Below, in pieces: positions 11,730 through 23,075 of a stretch of DNA of 64,000 bases. The stretch lies in NCBI GenBank assembly GCA_964187785.1, contig OZ076415.1:38936001-39000000 (forward strand). The letters are read 5' to 3'. Source of the DNA: Amphiscolops sp. MND2022 (taxonomy: Eukaryota). The notes below the pieces were generated by a model, which was given only the letters and a program-made list of their open reading frames with translations, had not been told where the DNA came from and searched no databases. The position numbers were made by a program, and so were the translations under genes. Position 1 is the stretch's first letter, and each line of letters begins with the position of its first letter.

Positions 11730-12399
11730 TACAATGTTTTAAAATGAAAAACTCAACTATTTAATTGAAGTGCGGAAGTTGAAGTTGGTGGCGGAAGAGT
11801 CAGCAAATCCCAAGTAGCCTTTTATTAGGGCGCTTTTGTCTGGTAACCAAACAACCAGACACCAAACAACTAGTTTCCGCTGGGTTCTATAGGGCTACAC
11901 CGTATTTATGAATTGCTTCAACTTCAAGATCAATGTTGAGCAGGCAGCAAAATTTGCCCGAAAATGACGCTTATGCATTACGAAACATTTTAATTGTGTT
12001 TACTTGTAATTGTACGTTTACACAATTACACATAAGTTTACAAATAAGTTAATATTACTATTTAATAATAGCGAGTGAATCAATCAATTCGAAAGGTAGA
12101 TGGGTGCGTGTAGTGCCTTTTTATCCAATGGTTGTCATGTATTTTCGACATGTAACTTTGAAACTTTATTTGGGCCAACAAGAAGTTTCTGATTAAATTA
12201 TCAAGCATAACATATACAACAAAAATGAACACAGTTGATAATTCTATTTTCTCTGCTGAATTTCGTTCCAGGCCGATATGTTTTCATTACTAATCCTAGC
12301 TTTCAACTTTTCGAAACAATAAGGGGTCTGATTCGATGAGAACTTCGTCAGATCATTATTCAAAGAAAGTTTGAAATGTAAACTAAGTGGATTAATCAA

Positions 12400-13543
12400 C
12401 TATAGAAAATTTGTAGATAATCTATCAGTTTCAGAGTCTAAAAATTCTTGTCCCAGAAGCCCCCGAGCATTCGGAATTTTGCCGAAAATGTTCCAGCATA
12501 CAACACCCACGATTCGCTGTCGATTGGACTTCCGTGATCCCTCTCCACTTGTTGGTTCCAAGTAAAAAAGAACGCCTTGCGAGAGATCCAAATCGTCAGT
12601 GCTTGCTGTGTCAAAATCGGACTTGACACAGACGGTTCCATTCCCAGTTTTGAAATAGGCTTTGACAGGAAGCTTTGAGTCAACTATTCCAATTGCTTCG
12701 TAACCAATTTCGGCGCCCAAATACCCCCAGAACATTGACTGGTGATAGAAAGCTTCAAAGTTAGTTTCAGGAATCTTCAGACCCATTTGAAGAGCCTGTG
12801 AAGCCAACATGTTTTTGGCGGCAAGACGCCCGCTCACAACAGCATGGTCATGGTGTTCCACGCGTCGTCTACAGTTCATACGCGTATCATAAAACGAACA
12901 AGCATCCCCAGCCACCCAAATATCTGGTTCGGATGATTGCAATTCGCCGTTGACAAAAATTCCACCCAAGTCTTGGTCTATTTCGAGGTTGGCTTCTGTG
13001 GCCAAACTTGTATTAGGTTCAATTCCTACAGCAATTACAACATGATCAGCCGTTAGTTTGTCTCCGTTATTAAGTGTCAATTCAATTTGACTTTTATCGC
13101 TAGAAGTATCAACCGACGAAATTCGCGCGTTTTCCTGCAGACTCACGCCCATGGCTTTCACTTTCTTACTCACCCAGCGGCAAAGAAAAGGAGGAAGGAC
13201 CAACCCCATGTACCCAGATTCGGGTATGATTTGTACTACCTTCAGAGGTTTGCTTCGTTTGAGATTGGCTAGAGCTATAGATAACTCACATCCAAGGTAA
13301 CCTCCGCCAACAACTACAACTTTGCTGCAATTCTGCACAGTGTTTTCTAATTTCAAAAAATCGTCGAAACTTCTGAAAACACTATGACGATCTCTGATGG
13401 CTTCGTTGGAGTTGGATGAAATTAAGTTCAATGATTTGGGAGAGCCACCGGGAGCCAAAAGGCATTTGTCGTACCTGATGCGTTTCCCAGACACAAGACG
13501 AATAGAATTATTTGAAGGATCAATTGAAGAGACCCTCAGCGCC
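12400..13543 (-). pseudogene. AIFM1: 5'-truncated duplicate of the AIFM1-like gene
   Basis: Nearly identical to the C-terminal ~375 aa of 14896..16422. Lacks the first GGGTAG and RPPLSK motifs; FWGDLG changed to FWGYLG; only a TTG start within junction filler. Confidence 0.85.
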
Positions 13544-14070
13544 AAGAGAAGAGACAAAACTCATTTTCGGCACCATGAGACTTTTTTCCGGCACAATGGA
13601 TTTTTTGTGTTCCAAGTTGGGGAAACCGTGGATCCGGCTTAACACTTTCACTGGAAAGAAAAAAACTACATGAAACTTTCTTTCATTGGAAAGAAAAACT
13701 AAACGAGACTTCGGTGCCCTCGTAGGTTTTTCAATGTTTCCTGTTAGGAAAACATTTATGAGCGCAAGGAGTCTGCTTTTCGGCACAGTAGGATTACTTT
13801 CAAATTACTTCTTTTCCAGAAATTACTTGAATGCCACCAGTGTGCTTATTTGTAACATTTGGCCCTCTCTGTTCGTGAAAGTTCGCAAACAGTTTTGTTT
13901 GAAATTTGTTGTTACCGTTGATTACTTTTCGAGATAAGAACAGCAGTTGCTAATATAAGAACAACAGCGCCCATTTAACAGTTATTAGCCCCCGATACAA
14001 AACGCCTCGCTAGTTTTCTAGCTGATTTTATCGCCTCTAATTAAATCTAATTGACGGTAATTAGTCAGTA

Positions 14071-14244
14071 CAGTGGATCCCGGATATAAGAAATTCGCTT
14101 ATAAGAAATACCCGCTTATAGTCAATGCTTATCTTGGCCCCGACTGGCAACTTCATTCCTTCTAAAACCCGGATATAAGAAAGTTCGATTATAAGGAACA
14201 CCAATAGGCGTTCCCCTGACGTCGATTATATCCGGGATCCATTG
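14071..14244. mobile_element. Tc1/mariner-type MITE, copy 2
   Basis: Same TIRs, with TA on both sides (14069-70 and 14245-46). Confidence 0.85.
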
Positions 14245-14660
14245 TACAATGTTTTAAAATGAAAAACTCAACTATTTAATTGAAGTGCGGAAGTTGAAGT
14301 TGGTGGCGGAAGAGTCAGCAAATCCCAAGTAGCCTTTTATTAGGGCGCTTTTGTCTGGTAACCAAACAACCAGACACCAAACAACTAGTTTCCGCTGGGT
14401 TCTATAGGGCTACACCGTATTTATGAACTGCTTCAACTTCAAGATCAATGTTGAGCAGGCAGCAAAATTTGCCCGAAAATGACGCTTATGCATTACGAAA
14501 CATTTTCTTCAGTCTCAACAGAGGAACAAGTCTTCAGCTATACATAATTTAGATAATCAACCAATAGCGAGTGAATCAATCAATTCGAAAGGTAGATGGG
14601 TGCGTGTAGTGCCTTTTTATCCAATGGTTGTCATGTATTTTCGACATGTAACTTTGAAAC

Positions 14661-14666
14661 TTTATT
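14661..14666 (-). terminator. Possible polyadenylation signal AATAAA of AIFM1
   Basis: TTTATT on plus, about 230 nt downstream of the stop codon; position only. Confidence 0.3.
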
Positions 14667-14895
14667 TGGGCCAACAAGAAGTTTCTGATTAAATTATCAA
14701 GCATAACATATACAACAAAAATGAACACAGTTGATAATTCTATTTTCTCTGCTGAATTTCGTTCCAGGCCGATATGTTTTCATTACTAATTCTAGCTTTC
14801 AACTTTTCGAAACAATAAGGGGTCTGATTCGATGAGAACTTCGTCAGATCATTATTCAAAGAAAGTTTGAAATGTAAACTAAGTGGATTAATCAA

Positions 14896-16422
14896 CTATA
14901 GAAAATTTGTAGATAATCTATAAGTTTCAGAGTCTAAAAATTCTTGTCCCAGAAGCCCCCGAGCATTCGGAATTTTGCCGAAAATGTTCCAGCATACAAC
15001 ACCCACGATTCGCTGTCGATTGGACTTCCGTGATCCCTCTCTTGTTGGTTCCAAGTAAAAAAGAACGCCTTGCGAGAGATCCAAATCGTCAGCGCTTGCT
15101 GTGTCAGAATCGGACTTGACACAGACGGTTCCATTCCCAGTTTTGAAATAGGCTTTGACAGGAAGCTTTGAATCAACTATTCCAATTGCTTCGTAACCAA
15201 TTTCGGCGCCCAAATCCCCCCAGAACATTGACTGGTGATAGAAAGCTTCAAAGTTAGTTTCAGGTATGTTCAGACCCATTTGAAGCGCCTGTGAAGCCAA
15301 CATGTTTTTGGCGGCAAGACGCCCGCTCACAACAGCATGGTCATGGTGTTCCACGCGTCGTCTACAGTTCATACGCGTATCATAAAACGAACAAGCATCC
15401 CCAGCCACCCAAATATCTGGTTCAGATGATTGCAATTCGCCGTTGACAAAAATTCCACCCAAGGTTTGGTCTATTTCGAGGTTGGCTTCTGTGGCCAAAC
15501 TTGTATTAGGTTCAATTCCTACAGCAATTACAACATGATCAGCCGTTAGTTTGTCCCCGTTATTAAGTGTCATTTCAATTTGACTTTTATCGCTAGAAGT
15601 ATCAACCGACAAAATTCGCGCGTTTTCCTGCAGACTCACGCCCATGGCTTTCACTTTCTTACTCACCCAGCGGCAAAGAAAAGGAGGAAGGACCAACCCC
15701 ATGTACCCAGATTCAGGTATGATTTGTACTACTTCAAGAGGTTTGCTTCGTTTGAGATTGGCTAGAGCTATAGATAACTCACATCCAAGGTAACCTCCGC
15801 CAACAACTACAATTTTGCTGCAATTCTGCACAGTGTTTTCTAATTTCAAAAAATCGTCGAAACTTCTGAAAACACTATGACGATCTCTAATGGCTTCGTT
15901 GGAGTTGGATGAAATTAAGTTCAATGATTTGGGAGAACCACCGGGAGCCAAAAGGCATTTGTCGTACCTGATGCGTTTCCCAGACACAAGACGAATAGAA
16001 TTATTTGAAGGATCAATTGAAGAGACCTCAGCGCCTCTCAATATTGCGGTGTCAAAGTTTTCGTCGTAAAACTTGAGATCTTTGTAAAAAATGGAATGGT
16101 TTTTTCCATTGTAGTCGGTGAATGTACCGCTCTCACTTTTCTGCTGACCATCCCAGAGTTGTTTCGACAAAGGTGGTCTCATGTAAGGGACATGATTTTC
16201 GGTAGTCAGTAAGAGAACATTTCCAATATTCGATCGATCAGACGCATCTTTCAGCAGTTTGAAAGCCGAAAAACCTGCAGTTCCACCCCCAACTATGACG
16301 AATTCGTACTTTTTGGTGTCGTCTCTCTCGTCAGGAACGCGAAAACCAACAGGATCTTTCTTCACTGACAGCCCCACAGCAGCACTGGCACATACAACTC
16401 GCAAAAGCCTTCTTGTTGACAT
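14896..16422 (-). CDS. AIFM1: Apoptosis-inducing factor 1-like mitochondrial FAD/NADH oxidoreductase (508 aa, no intron within the ORF)
   Basis: AIF signatures in order: VIVGGGTAG, PYMRPPLSKQLW, VGGGYLGCEL, RRRVEHHDHAVVSGRLA, HQSMFWGDLG..GYEAIG.VDS.LP, GVLFYL, VGVVCWNIF; Arg-rich N-terminus. Confidence 0.95.
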   Translation of the reverse strand: MSTRRLLRVVCASAAVGLSVKKDPVGFRVPDERDDTKKYEFVIVGGGTAGFSAFKLLKDASDRSNIGNVLLLTTENHVPYMRPPLSKQLWDGQQKSESGTFTDYNGKNHSIFYKDLKFYDENFDTAILRGAEVSSIDPSNNSIRLVSGKRIRYDKCLLAPGGSPKSLNLISSNSNEAIRDRHSVFRSFDDFLKLENTVQNCSKIVVVGGGYLGCELSIALANLKRSKPLEVVQIIPESGYMGLVLPPFLCRWVSKKVKAMGVSLQENARILSVDTSSDKSQIEMTLNNGDKLTADHVVIAVGIEPNTSLATEANLEIDQTLGGIFVNGELQSSEPDIWVAGDACSFYDTRMNCRRRVEHHDHAVVSGRLAAKNMLASQALQMGLNIPETNFEAFYHQSMFWGDLGAEIGYEAIGIVDSKLPVKAYFKTGNGTVCVKSDSDTASADDLDLSQGVLFYLEPTREGSRKSNRQRIVGVVCWNIFGKIPNARGLLGQEFLDSETYRLSTNFL

Positions 16423-16773
16423 TTCAACCTTTCAAAAAATCCACATCTATGATTTGTTCGATATCAAGACACTAGCATTTTTCACTTCTCTCAATTCAGA
16501 TATAAGGTGCCATATTTATCATGTTAGAACGGAGATTGCACACACTCGTGGTCTGCAAACGAAGGGAAACAATCAGTAAAAATGCAAGTCGAAGGAACCA
16601 TCTATCATGCCAGCCACTATCCCAGTAGACCGATAGAACTAAACAAAATTATTAGCAACCCACTAAATCCAATACAACTGCCGTAAAAAATGAGTTCAAT
16701 TATTCAGTTGAAGAAATACGGATTGCTAAAAATTGTTTGAAAAACCTAGGGGAGCGCGGGTGTAAAAAATAGT

Positions 16774-17118
16774 GGGTGGGCGGAAATAGGTCGAAGGAAC
16801 GGGATCGAAAATCAGAGTTAGTCCTCAGGTCGACATACCAAATTTTTGAATGGGATCGAAACAACTCGGATCGAAATTTTTATAACGTAGTCAGATATGT
16901 TCACATACCCCTAGTGCCCTGAATGCAGGAGCGAAGCGAAACGGAGCGACGTGCCATATGGCCATGCCTCAATGTTGCTACTTGGCGAAGGGAGCGAAGC
17001 GACCGAGCCATACAACCAATACGATACAATTCGACCGCATTCCATTCGATCCCTGCAATTCGATCAAAAGGTTCGACCTCCTTTCGACCAGAAAAATTCG
17101 ACCTATTTACAGCCACCC
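16774..17118. mobile_element. Mutator-like (MULE) MITE, 345 bp
   Basis: Imperfect TIRs GGGTGG...AAATAGGTCGAA and TTCGACCTATTT...CCACCC; perfect 9-bp TSD AAAAATAGT at 16765-73 and 17119-27. Confidence 0.85.
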
Positions 17119-17640
17119 AAAAATAGTATCTGAAGGAATGATATCTAAAAACAGGATTGGTGAAAACGCCCTCATCCATGTCAACTCGAGTGTACGGATC
17201 GGTTTAGATGACATTCCTTTAGATACTGTTCCTGGTCCCCATCGAAGGACACCCACAGACTGTGAGTGTAGTGTTGGTGAGTGAATGGGCTCAGACTATT
17301 ATTGAGATAAATTTCAAAACTGCGTTATCTGTAGACAAAACGAGGATTAATGTTCTAAATCCCCTATTTGCGGGAGGATGTTTTTCAATTCACGTAGTTT
17401 TGAACTCTCTTCATCAATTAATTTAGTCCACTAATTGGATAGTTTCAGGCTTCTTCGTCCTTGTTTAGCTTCTTGGTTTCCATAATGAACTTTTCCATTT
17501 CGTCGCAGTCGTCTTTACACAGTAGGTTCAATTTATCATTTTTTTGGGGTCTGAATTCATTGTGAAATTTGCCATTTAGGAATAAGTGTATAGCAGTTTC
17601 TACTGAAGGTCCACAATCACGAAAGGGTGTGGTGTTTTTT

Positions 17641-18217
17641 AGGTCACAAGTCACTTGGCTTGAAGTCATTTGGCCTAATTTTTTCGTCGAGTCATTTGGC
17701 TTAGAAATTTTAAGCCAAGTGACCACAAAATTGAGCCAACTCCATTCAAACTCACGGTTTATATATATAAATATATGGGGCAGGGACACTTTGTCACCAG
17801 CCATTTGGGCGACAGAAATTTCTGCCCATTTCGGCGACAATAATGTCGCCCAGATGTCCCGTCAAAGGTTACCAGTCACTTGGCTTAATACCATTTGGCT
17901 TAATTTTTTCGTCGAGTCATTTGGCTTAAAAATTTTAAGCCAAGTGACCACAAAATTAAGCCAACTCCATTCCAACTCAAGGAATAAATATGTCAACTCC
18001 CGGAAATATCATGTGGGGCATATGCGGTGTATGCACGCTCGCCCTCACCGTCGCAAAGACCAGCTCCCACTACGATCGCTTCGCGATCTTCGTTCCCGCT
18101 AGGTCTTTGCTCCTGTTCGACCTCGCTTAGCAAGATGGGAATATAAGCGGCCCCAAGGGGCTGCAGGGCACTAGAGGAAATGGGGACATATCCGAGGGGT
18201 ACTTGATATGACATGTT
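17641..18217 (+). mobile_element. MITE family H1: two left subterminal arrays (AGTCA[C/T]TTGGCT) plus conserved core copy 1, running into the gap
   Basis: Arm repeated at ~17641-17755 and ~17865-17980; core at 18011-18199; matching inverted arm at 24375-24447. Confidence 0.7.
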
Positions 18218-18417
18218 NNNNNNNNNNNNNNNNNNNNNNNNNNNNNNNNNNNNNNNNNNNNNNNNNNNNNNNNNNNNNNNNNNNNNNNNNNNNNNNNNNN
18301 NNNNNNNNNNNNNNNNNNNNNNNNNNNNNNNNNNNNNNNNNNNNNNNNNNNNNNNNNNNNNNNNNNNNNNNNNNNNNNNNNNNNNNNNNNNNNNNNNNNN
18401 NNNNNNNNNNNNNNNNN
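18218..18417. other. Assembly gap (200 N)
   Basis: Run of N. Confidence 1.
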
Positions 18418-18530
18418 TACAGAAACTACACAACCCCTAAATTGCGGGTTAATCTAACAATTATGTTTTAGGCACTTGGTATCAGTTCTGAGTAAATAAA
18501 GTAAACGTTGAAGGTCTGTTAGTCATAGCC

Positions 18531-21500
18531 TCAAAAATTATGACTCTTTAGTAGTCGAGTACTCTCTTGAAAGTGTCGCTTCCTTTCTGTTCTTCTTTCG
18601 AAACGTCCAGAATCTATGATGAACTGTATCAGGTTCGTGGTCCAGGTAAGTGAATAGATGTTTCCTGCGGCAAAATCAGGCGCACGAAACTGCTCGTACA
18701 GGGGGCAGAAGAATAAGTAGTGCATGACTGATTCTGTCTCTACTCGACAAGGGCAGAGCGGAGTCTCCGCTCGCCAAATTTTGTACGCATACTCTGCCAG
18801 TTCCACGTTGCAATTCAAAAGGAGCTTGTTGATAGTTCTTTCTAGGTGTCTGCTTGTCGTTCTTCGATAAGCAATCAATTCCAATTCAATTTGAGTGATT
18901 GACCAATCCAGTGGGGTAGTCGTGAGCGCGTTCTTGAATATTCTGTTCCATCTACTTCTCAGGTACCCATTGCAAGTTGACACCGTGTAACAATTTGTTG
19001 CTCCTGTGACTTTATAAAAATCGTCAATGAGGTTTTTATCGCTTTTTATTTCCGGCAATTGACATTTCCGATACAATTTCCACAATATGTCCTGCTGTTG
19101 AGAGAGCTTGATTCCAAAGTTAATAGTTATTATGTCAATTTGTAATTGCATAGGCGGGAGACCGCACAGTATTTCTGCTGCCAACTGGTCGAATTTCGTA
19201 CTTGTACCTATGATAGGTTTGAGCGCGGTGTATTGATATCAGCTCAGTGCTTGAACGTGTTTCCTGGCCCACACAGGGGCCGCGTACAGAAGTCGGGAGA
19301 GCACTAGAGGTTTGTGAAGCTTTATGAGCGTTGCTTGACTTAGACCCCAATCAGAGCCGCAAAACTTTTTAAATATGTTCAGCTGTTTAGCAACTTTCCC
19401 TTCTACCTGCTGTAGATGTTCGTTGAAATTCAGTTTGTCGTCCACAGTCAATCCCAGGATTTTTGTGCTTCTGGCGACCTTACATGCCTCGCCGAAAAAC
19501 GTCGGAGCGTGCGGGTACTCAGTGTTGAGGTAGATTATTGACGTCTTGTGACCATTTACTGCGAGACTCCAATTTTTACACCACCGTTCCAGTTGTTTTA
19601 GAATAACTTGACAGTTTAGGTAGACTTGGGTTTCAGTGTATCCTGTCACTAGGAGGTTTCCATCGTCAGCGAATTTGAACTTCTTACAGTTGAGGTTTTT
19701 GAACATGTCGGAAACGAAAAAAAATGAACAGAATTGGTGATAACACACTACCTTGTGGAAGTCCATCTTTGACTCCAAAGTAATGGCTTCTCAGATTACC
19801 GATTTCTATGCTGAGTTGTCGGCTTTTCAAAAAACTTTCAATCAGTTTAATGAATTTACCTCTAACTCCCGATTGATAGAGTTTTTGGAGCAGTCCTTTG
19901 ATCCATACGGAATCGAAGGCCTTCTCAAAGTCGATGGATATCAAGGCGCCACTTTTCCTGCTCATTTTAACTTCTTGACATTCCATTTTCAACCTATACA
20001 ACGACCTTACTGTGTTCTTGTGGGACTGGAAGCCTTCCTGCTCTTCGTCTAACAGGTTGAATTTTTTGAAGAAGCTTCTCAACCTGGCATCCAATAATCT
20101 TTCCACAATTTTTCCGATATAGCTGGAGATTGTTATCGGCCGATATGCTGACGGTGTCGTGTAGTCTGTTTTACCTTGCTTCCTCAGAAATATCACTTTT
20201 GAATGGTTCCACGGCCAGTGATTTTCATTCAGTGTTTTGTTTGCAATGTGAAGAAGGACTGCTTCATATCGGGGTCCTGCGTACTAGATCATTTTGGGAT
20301 GGATGTTGTCGTTATCGAGAGATTTTCCCGAAGTTTTCAAAAAACGCAGAATGTAGTCCAGTTCTTCGGAGGTGAGGTCGCAGTTAAACCACCTATCACT
20401 TTCTAATTCGGGTCTTTCGGAATGTAGGGATTGTTGTAAAGTATTCTCTACGTGTAGCTTGAATTTTTCGTTGAAGCTGAGTTTCTCCAAATGCTTTCCA
20501 GTGAAAAAAGTTTAACAAAATATATCTGCTTTGTCTTTTTCAGCAAAGTGGAATTTGTTCCCTTTCAACAACGGGTAAACTCCAGCATCTTCCTTGTCCG
20601 TCAAAAGCTTATTCTCCGTCAAGCTTGCAAAATTCTTTTGAGTGACTATCGTTAACGTCATCGATGGAGCTTTTGAAGTGTTCGTTTGCTTTATCCTTTA
20701 CCGGATTTTGAAAAGATTGTTGAAGCTCTCTCAAAAGCTTGAGGTTTTGGGCCGAGCTACGGTATCGGTAATTTTTCCGTGCCTTACGGAGCTCTCGGCT
20801 TTTCGAACTTAGTTCTTCGCTCCAATACGGTTTCGAGAAGCAACAGACCTTCTTCACTGGAATATGTTGTTCTGAAGCAGTTTGAAGCGCTTCTTTCAGT
20901 AGCAATCATGAGGAATTGCCGTCCATTGTCTCGAAAACTATCCTTTCTGTTAGAAGGCTTTCTACACACTCGTAAAATCCTTCCCAATTGGCGTTCTTTA
21001 GATCTTTTTTAAGTTTGAATTCTTTTGTTTCTTCTCCTTTCATGTTCAGCCATACGGCAAGGTGTCCCCTCGTCGGAGCACCAGTGAATAATTCTGTCTC
21101 GTGGTCTACCATTATGAAGTTTGTAGTTTCAGTTATTCTCTCTGACGTGATAAAAAGGTCGATAACACTGCTCCCGTTGGTTGACACTAAAGTGGGTTGT
21201 CCGTCGTTGATGACATTTAGCACTCTTGAGGAGTCGTGTAGTGCGTTCACTAGAGTTTTGCCGTGCTCATTCGTTGATCTATCTCCCCACATTGGGTGTC
21301 TAGCCCTAATGTCACCCGCTAGCAGAAGTTCGAGGTTGTGTCTAGTGGAGAAGGCCGCCGCTTCCTCGAGTTGACTGATGAAAATTTGTAGTTTCGGTGA
21401 GCTGGTTGGTGGTATGTAGACGGCTCCCAGTAACATTGGTATTCTGTTGATAGTGACAATGGTCCAGACAGAGTCAATCGGGGCGTTGAAGATTTTCGGT

Positions 21501-21721
21501 ACGTGTGTGATATCTTTCTTGACTAAAATAGAAACTCCTCCCTGACCGATCGTCCCACAGTAGCTAATGGCAGAATAATTATTGATTTCATGTGCTGCTA
21601 GTTCTCGGTGAGTTTCCGTTGAAATCACTGCATGGGGATTTCCTTGGTTCAGGTAAAAAGATAAAGCGGTTGAGCTATGACTGCTTAACCCTGCCATGTT
21701 TACTTGCATTATGCGGGCCAT
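18531..21721 (-). pseudogene. LINE ORF2 (APE endonuclease, RT, C-terminal CCHC) broken by several frameshifts and stops
   Basis: APE: MQVNMAGL, STETH, AVYIPP, AGDIRARH, SVIDLF. RT: YRPITISS, DFEKAFDSV, GLPQGSVLSP, FADD. C-terminus: CPC...ESVMHYLFFC. Confidence 0.9.
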
Positions 21722-23020
21722 TTGTTCTCAGTGATAAGTCTGTCAATTTTGGCCTGTAATTGTTTTGGTAGCGGTACCGATCGGCTCTGATACAACTTCG
21801 CCAAAGTCTTCAGGTAGACAGAGCATTCTTTCGATGCTGAAGAGTGTTGTTCAAAACAGTTGACACATTTGTAGTTTTGTTCCGGTTGGTGACAGCTATC
21901 GGTATTATGATTTTCCGCGCATTTACCACATTTTTGACCCAATTTGCAAGATGGTGCTATATGGCCGAATTGCTGGCAGTTGAAGCAACTTGTCACGTGA
22001 ATATCTGTTTTCTCGATGTGTTCGGTAGGTCTGAAGAACAGCTGGTTGACAAAAAGGCCGTTTGCTAATGCTGTTTCTAACATAGTTCTTTCTTGTAAAT
22101 CAACTTTGACCGTGGTCATTTTGGCATTATCAGGCTTTTTGATGAAACGTCCGATTGTGACCTTTTCAATGTCTGTGTGGAGTTGCTCTGAGATTTGTTC
22201 CGCCAGTGTCTCTTCGCTAATTCTTGTGTCGACTCCTCTTATATATAGAGCATTTTGCCGGCGTTTTCCTCTGGGGTTCGTGACACTAGTGTCTGTACCC
22301 ATGGCATCTTTATTCCAATTTTGCATTATATCTGCTGCTGTGTCTGCGGAATCAAATTCCAGATAGAAATTTCCTCTACTGTTCCTGAAAGCGTGGATCA
22401 GTTTTTTATTTGGGAAATGTTTAGCGAATGCCTTTTTGATATACATACTGTTGGCAAGGCCGCTGTCTGAGTTTTCCACAAGAAGTATCTGCTCGATGGA
22501 CCGCGAAGCTTTCTTTTCTATGGGCTCGGATAGCGTGGCTGCGTATTTGGCTGCGTAATTCATTTTGTGTTGCGTTAGTTTATTGCTGTGCTGTTGAATT
22601 TTTCTGTTCACCTCCACCAAGGTAGGTTTGAGGCCTGTAACTGTTGATTCGCATGCAGTACAAGCCTCCTGAATGCCTTCAATTCTTTCAAAAGTTTCGG
22701 GAGCTAAAGTTTCGCTTCGTGCAATCCCATCTGCGACCATGTCTTTGATTGTCATGACGTTTTTTTCAAGTTCAAGACGCAAGTTTGGCAACCCTGATTG
22801 GATTGTCGTTTTCACTGTCGGTCTGCATTGTTTACAGAACCACATTGCCCCGTCAGTTTCGTTTATCACATCAATCTGTTGTTTTGTGAGTCCCACGCAA
22901 TTGCCATGGGACCATTTCTCACAGGAGTCGCAAAAAAATTGCCGGCTCGTTTCCAATTGTATTAGGGCAACTGATGTATATCCTTGTTTTGTTGATTTTC
23001 TTTTTGTTACGGTCATTCAT
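21709..23020 (-). CDS. LINE ORF1: PHD finger, coiled coil, RRM-like domain, three CCHC knuckles (one +1 frameshift near 22935)
   Basis: CDSCEKWSHGNC...WFCKQC; ALYIRGVD; CFNCQQFGHIAPSC, CGKCAENHNTDSC, CVNCFEQHSSASKEC. The true start is probably ATG 23020 (MNDRNKK...ISCPNTIGNEPAIF), shifted at a 7-T run. Confidence 0.85.
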
Positions 23021-23075
23021 TGTTTGGCTATTCAACGAAGGTACCTACTGCGACACACTGAAGTCCTTGAGGCGC

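Larger units (their letters stand above)
11049..16035. repeat. Tandem duplication, ~2.5-kb unit (11049-13543 and 13561-16035)
   Basis: Near-identical copies starting TCATTTTCGGCA and ending CTCAGCGCC, separated by a 17-nt filler. Confidence 0.95.

Noticed and set aside
13520-13557. Novel N-terminus MSLLLALR for the AIF duplicate
   Set aside because: Starts at TTG within junction filler; not a credible eukaryotic start.
18011-18199. Core read as a known ribozyme (HDV-like, hammerhead), as 5S-derived (GCTAAGCGAGGTCG), or as an FAD-binding motif (IVVGAGL)
   Set aside because: No CUGAUGA/GAAA core or HDV pseudoknot could be built; the 5S likeness is only ~14 nt; GAGLCDG lacks GxGxxG spacing.
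17993-18471. ORFs spanning the N run
   Set aside because: Artefacts of translating the assembly gap.
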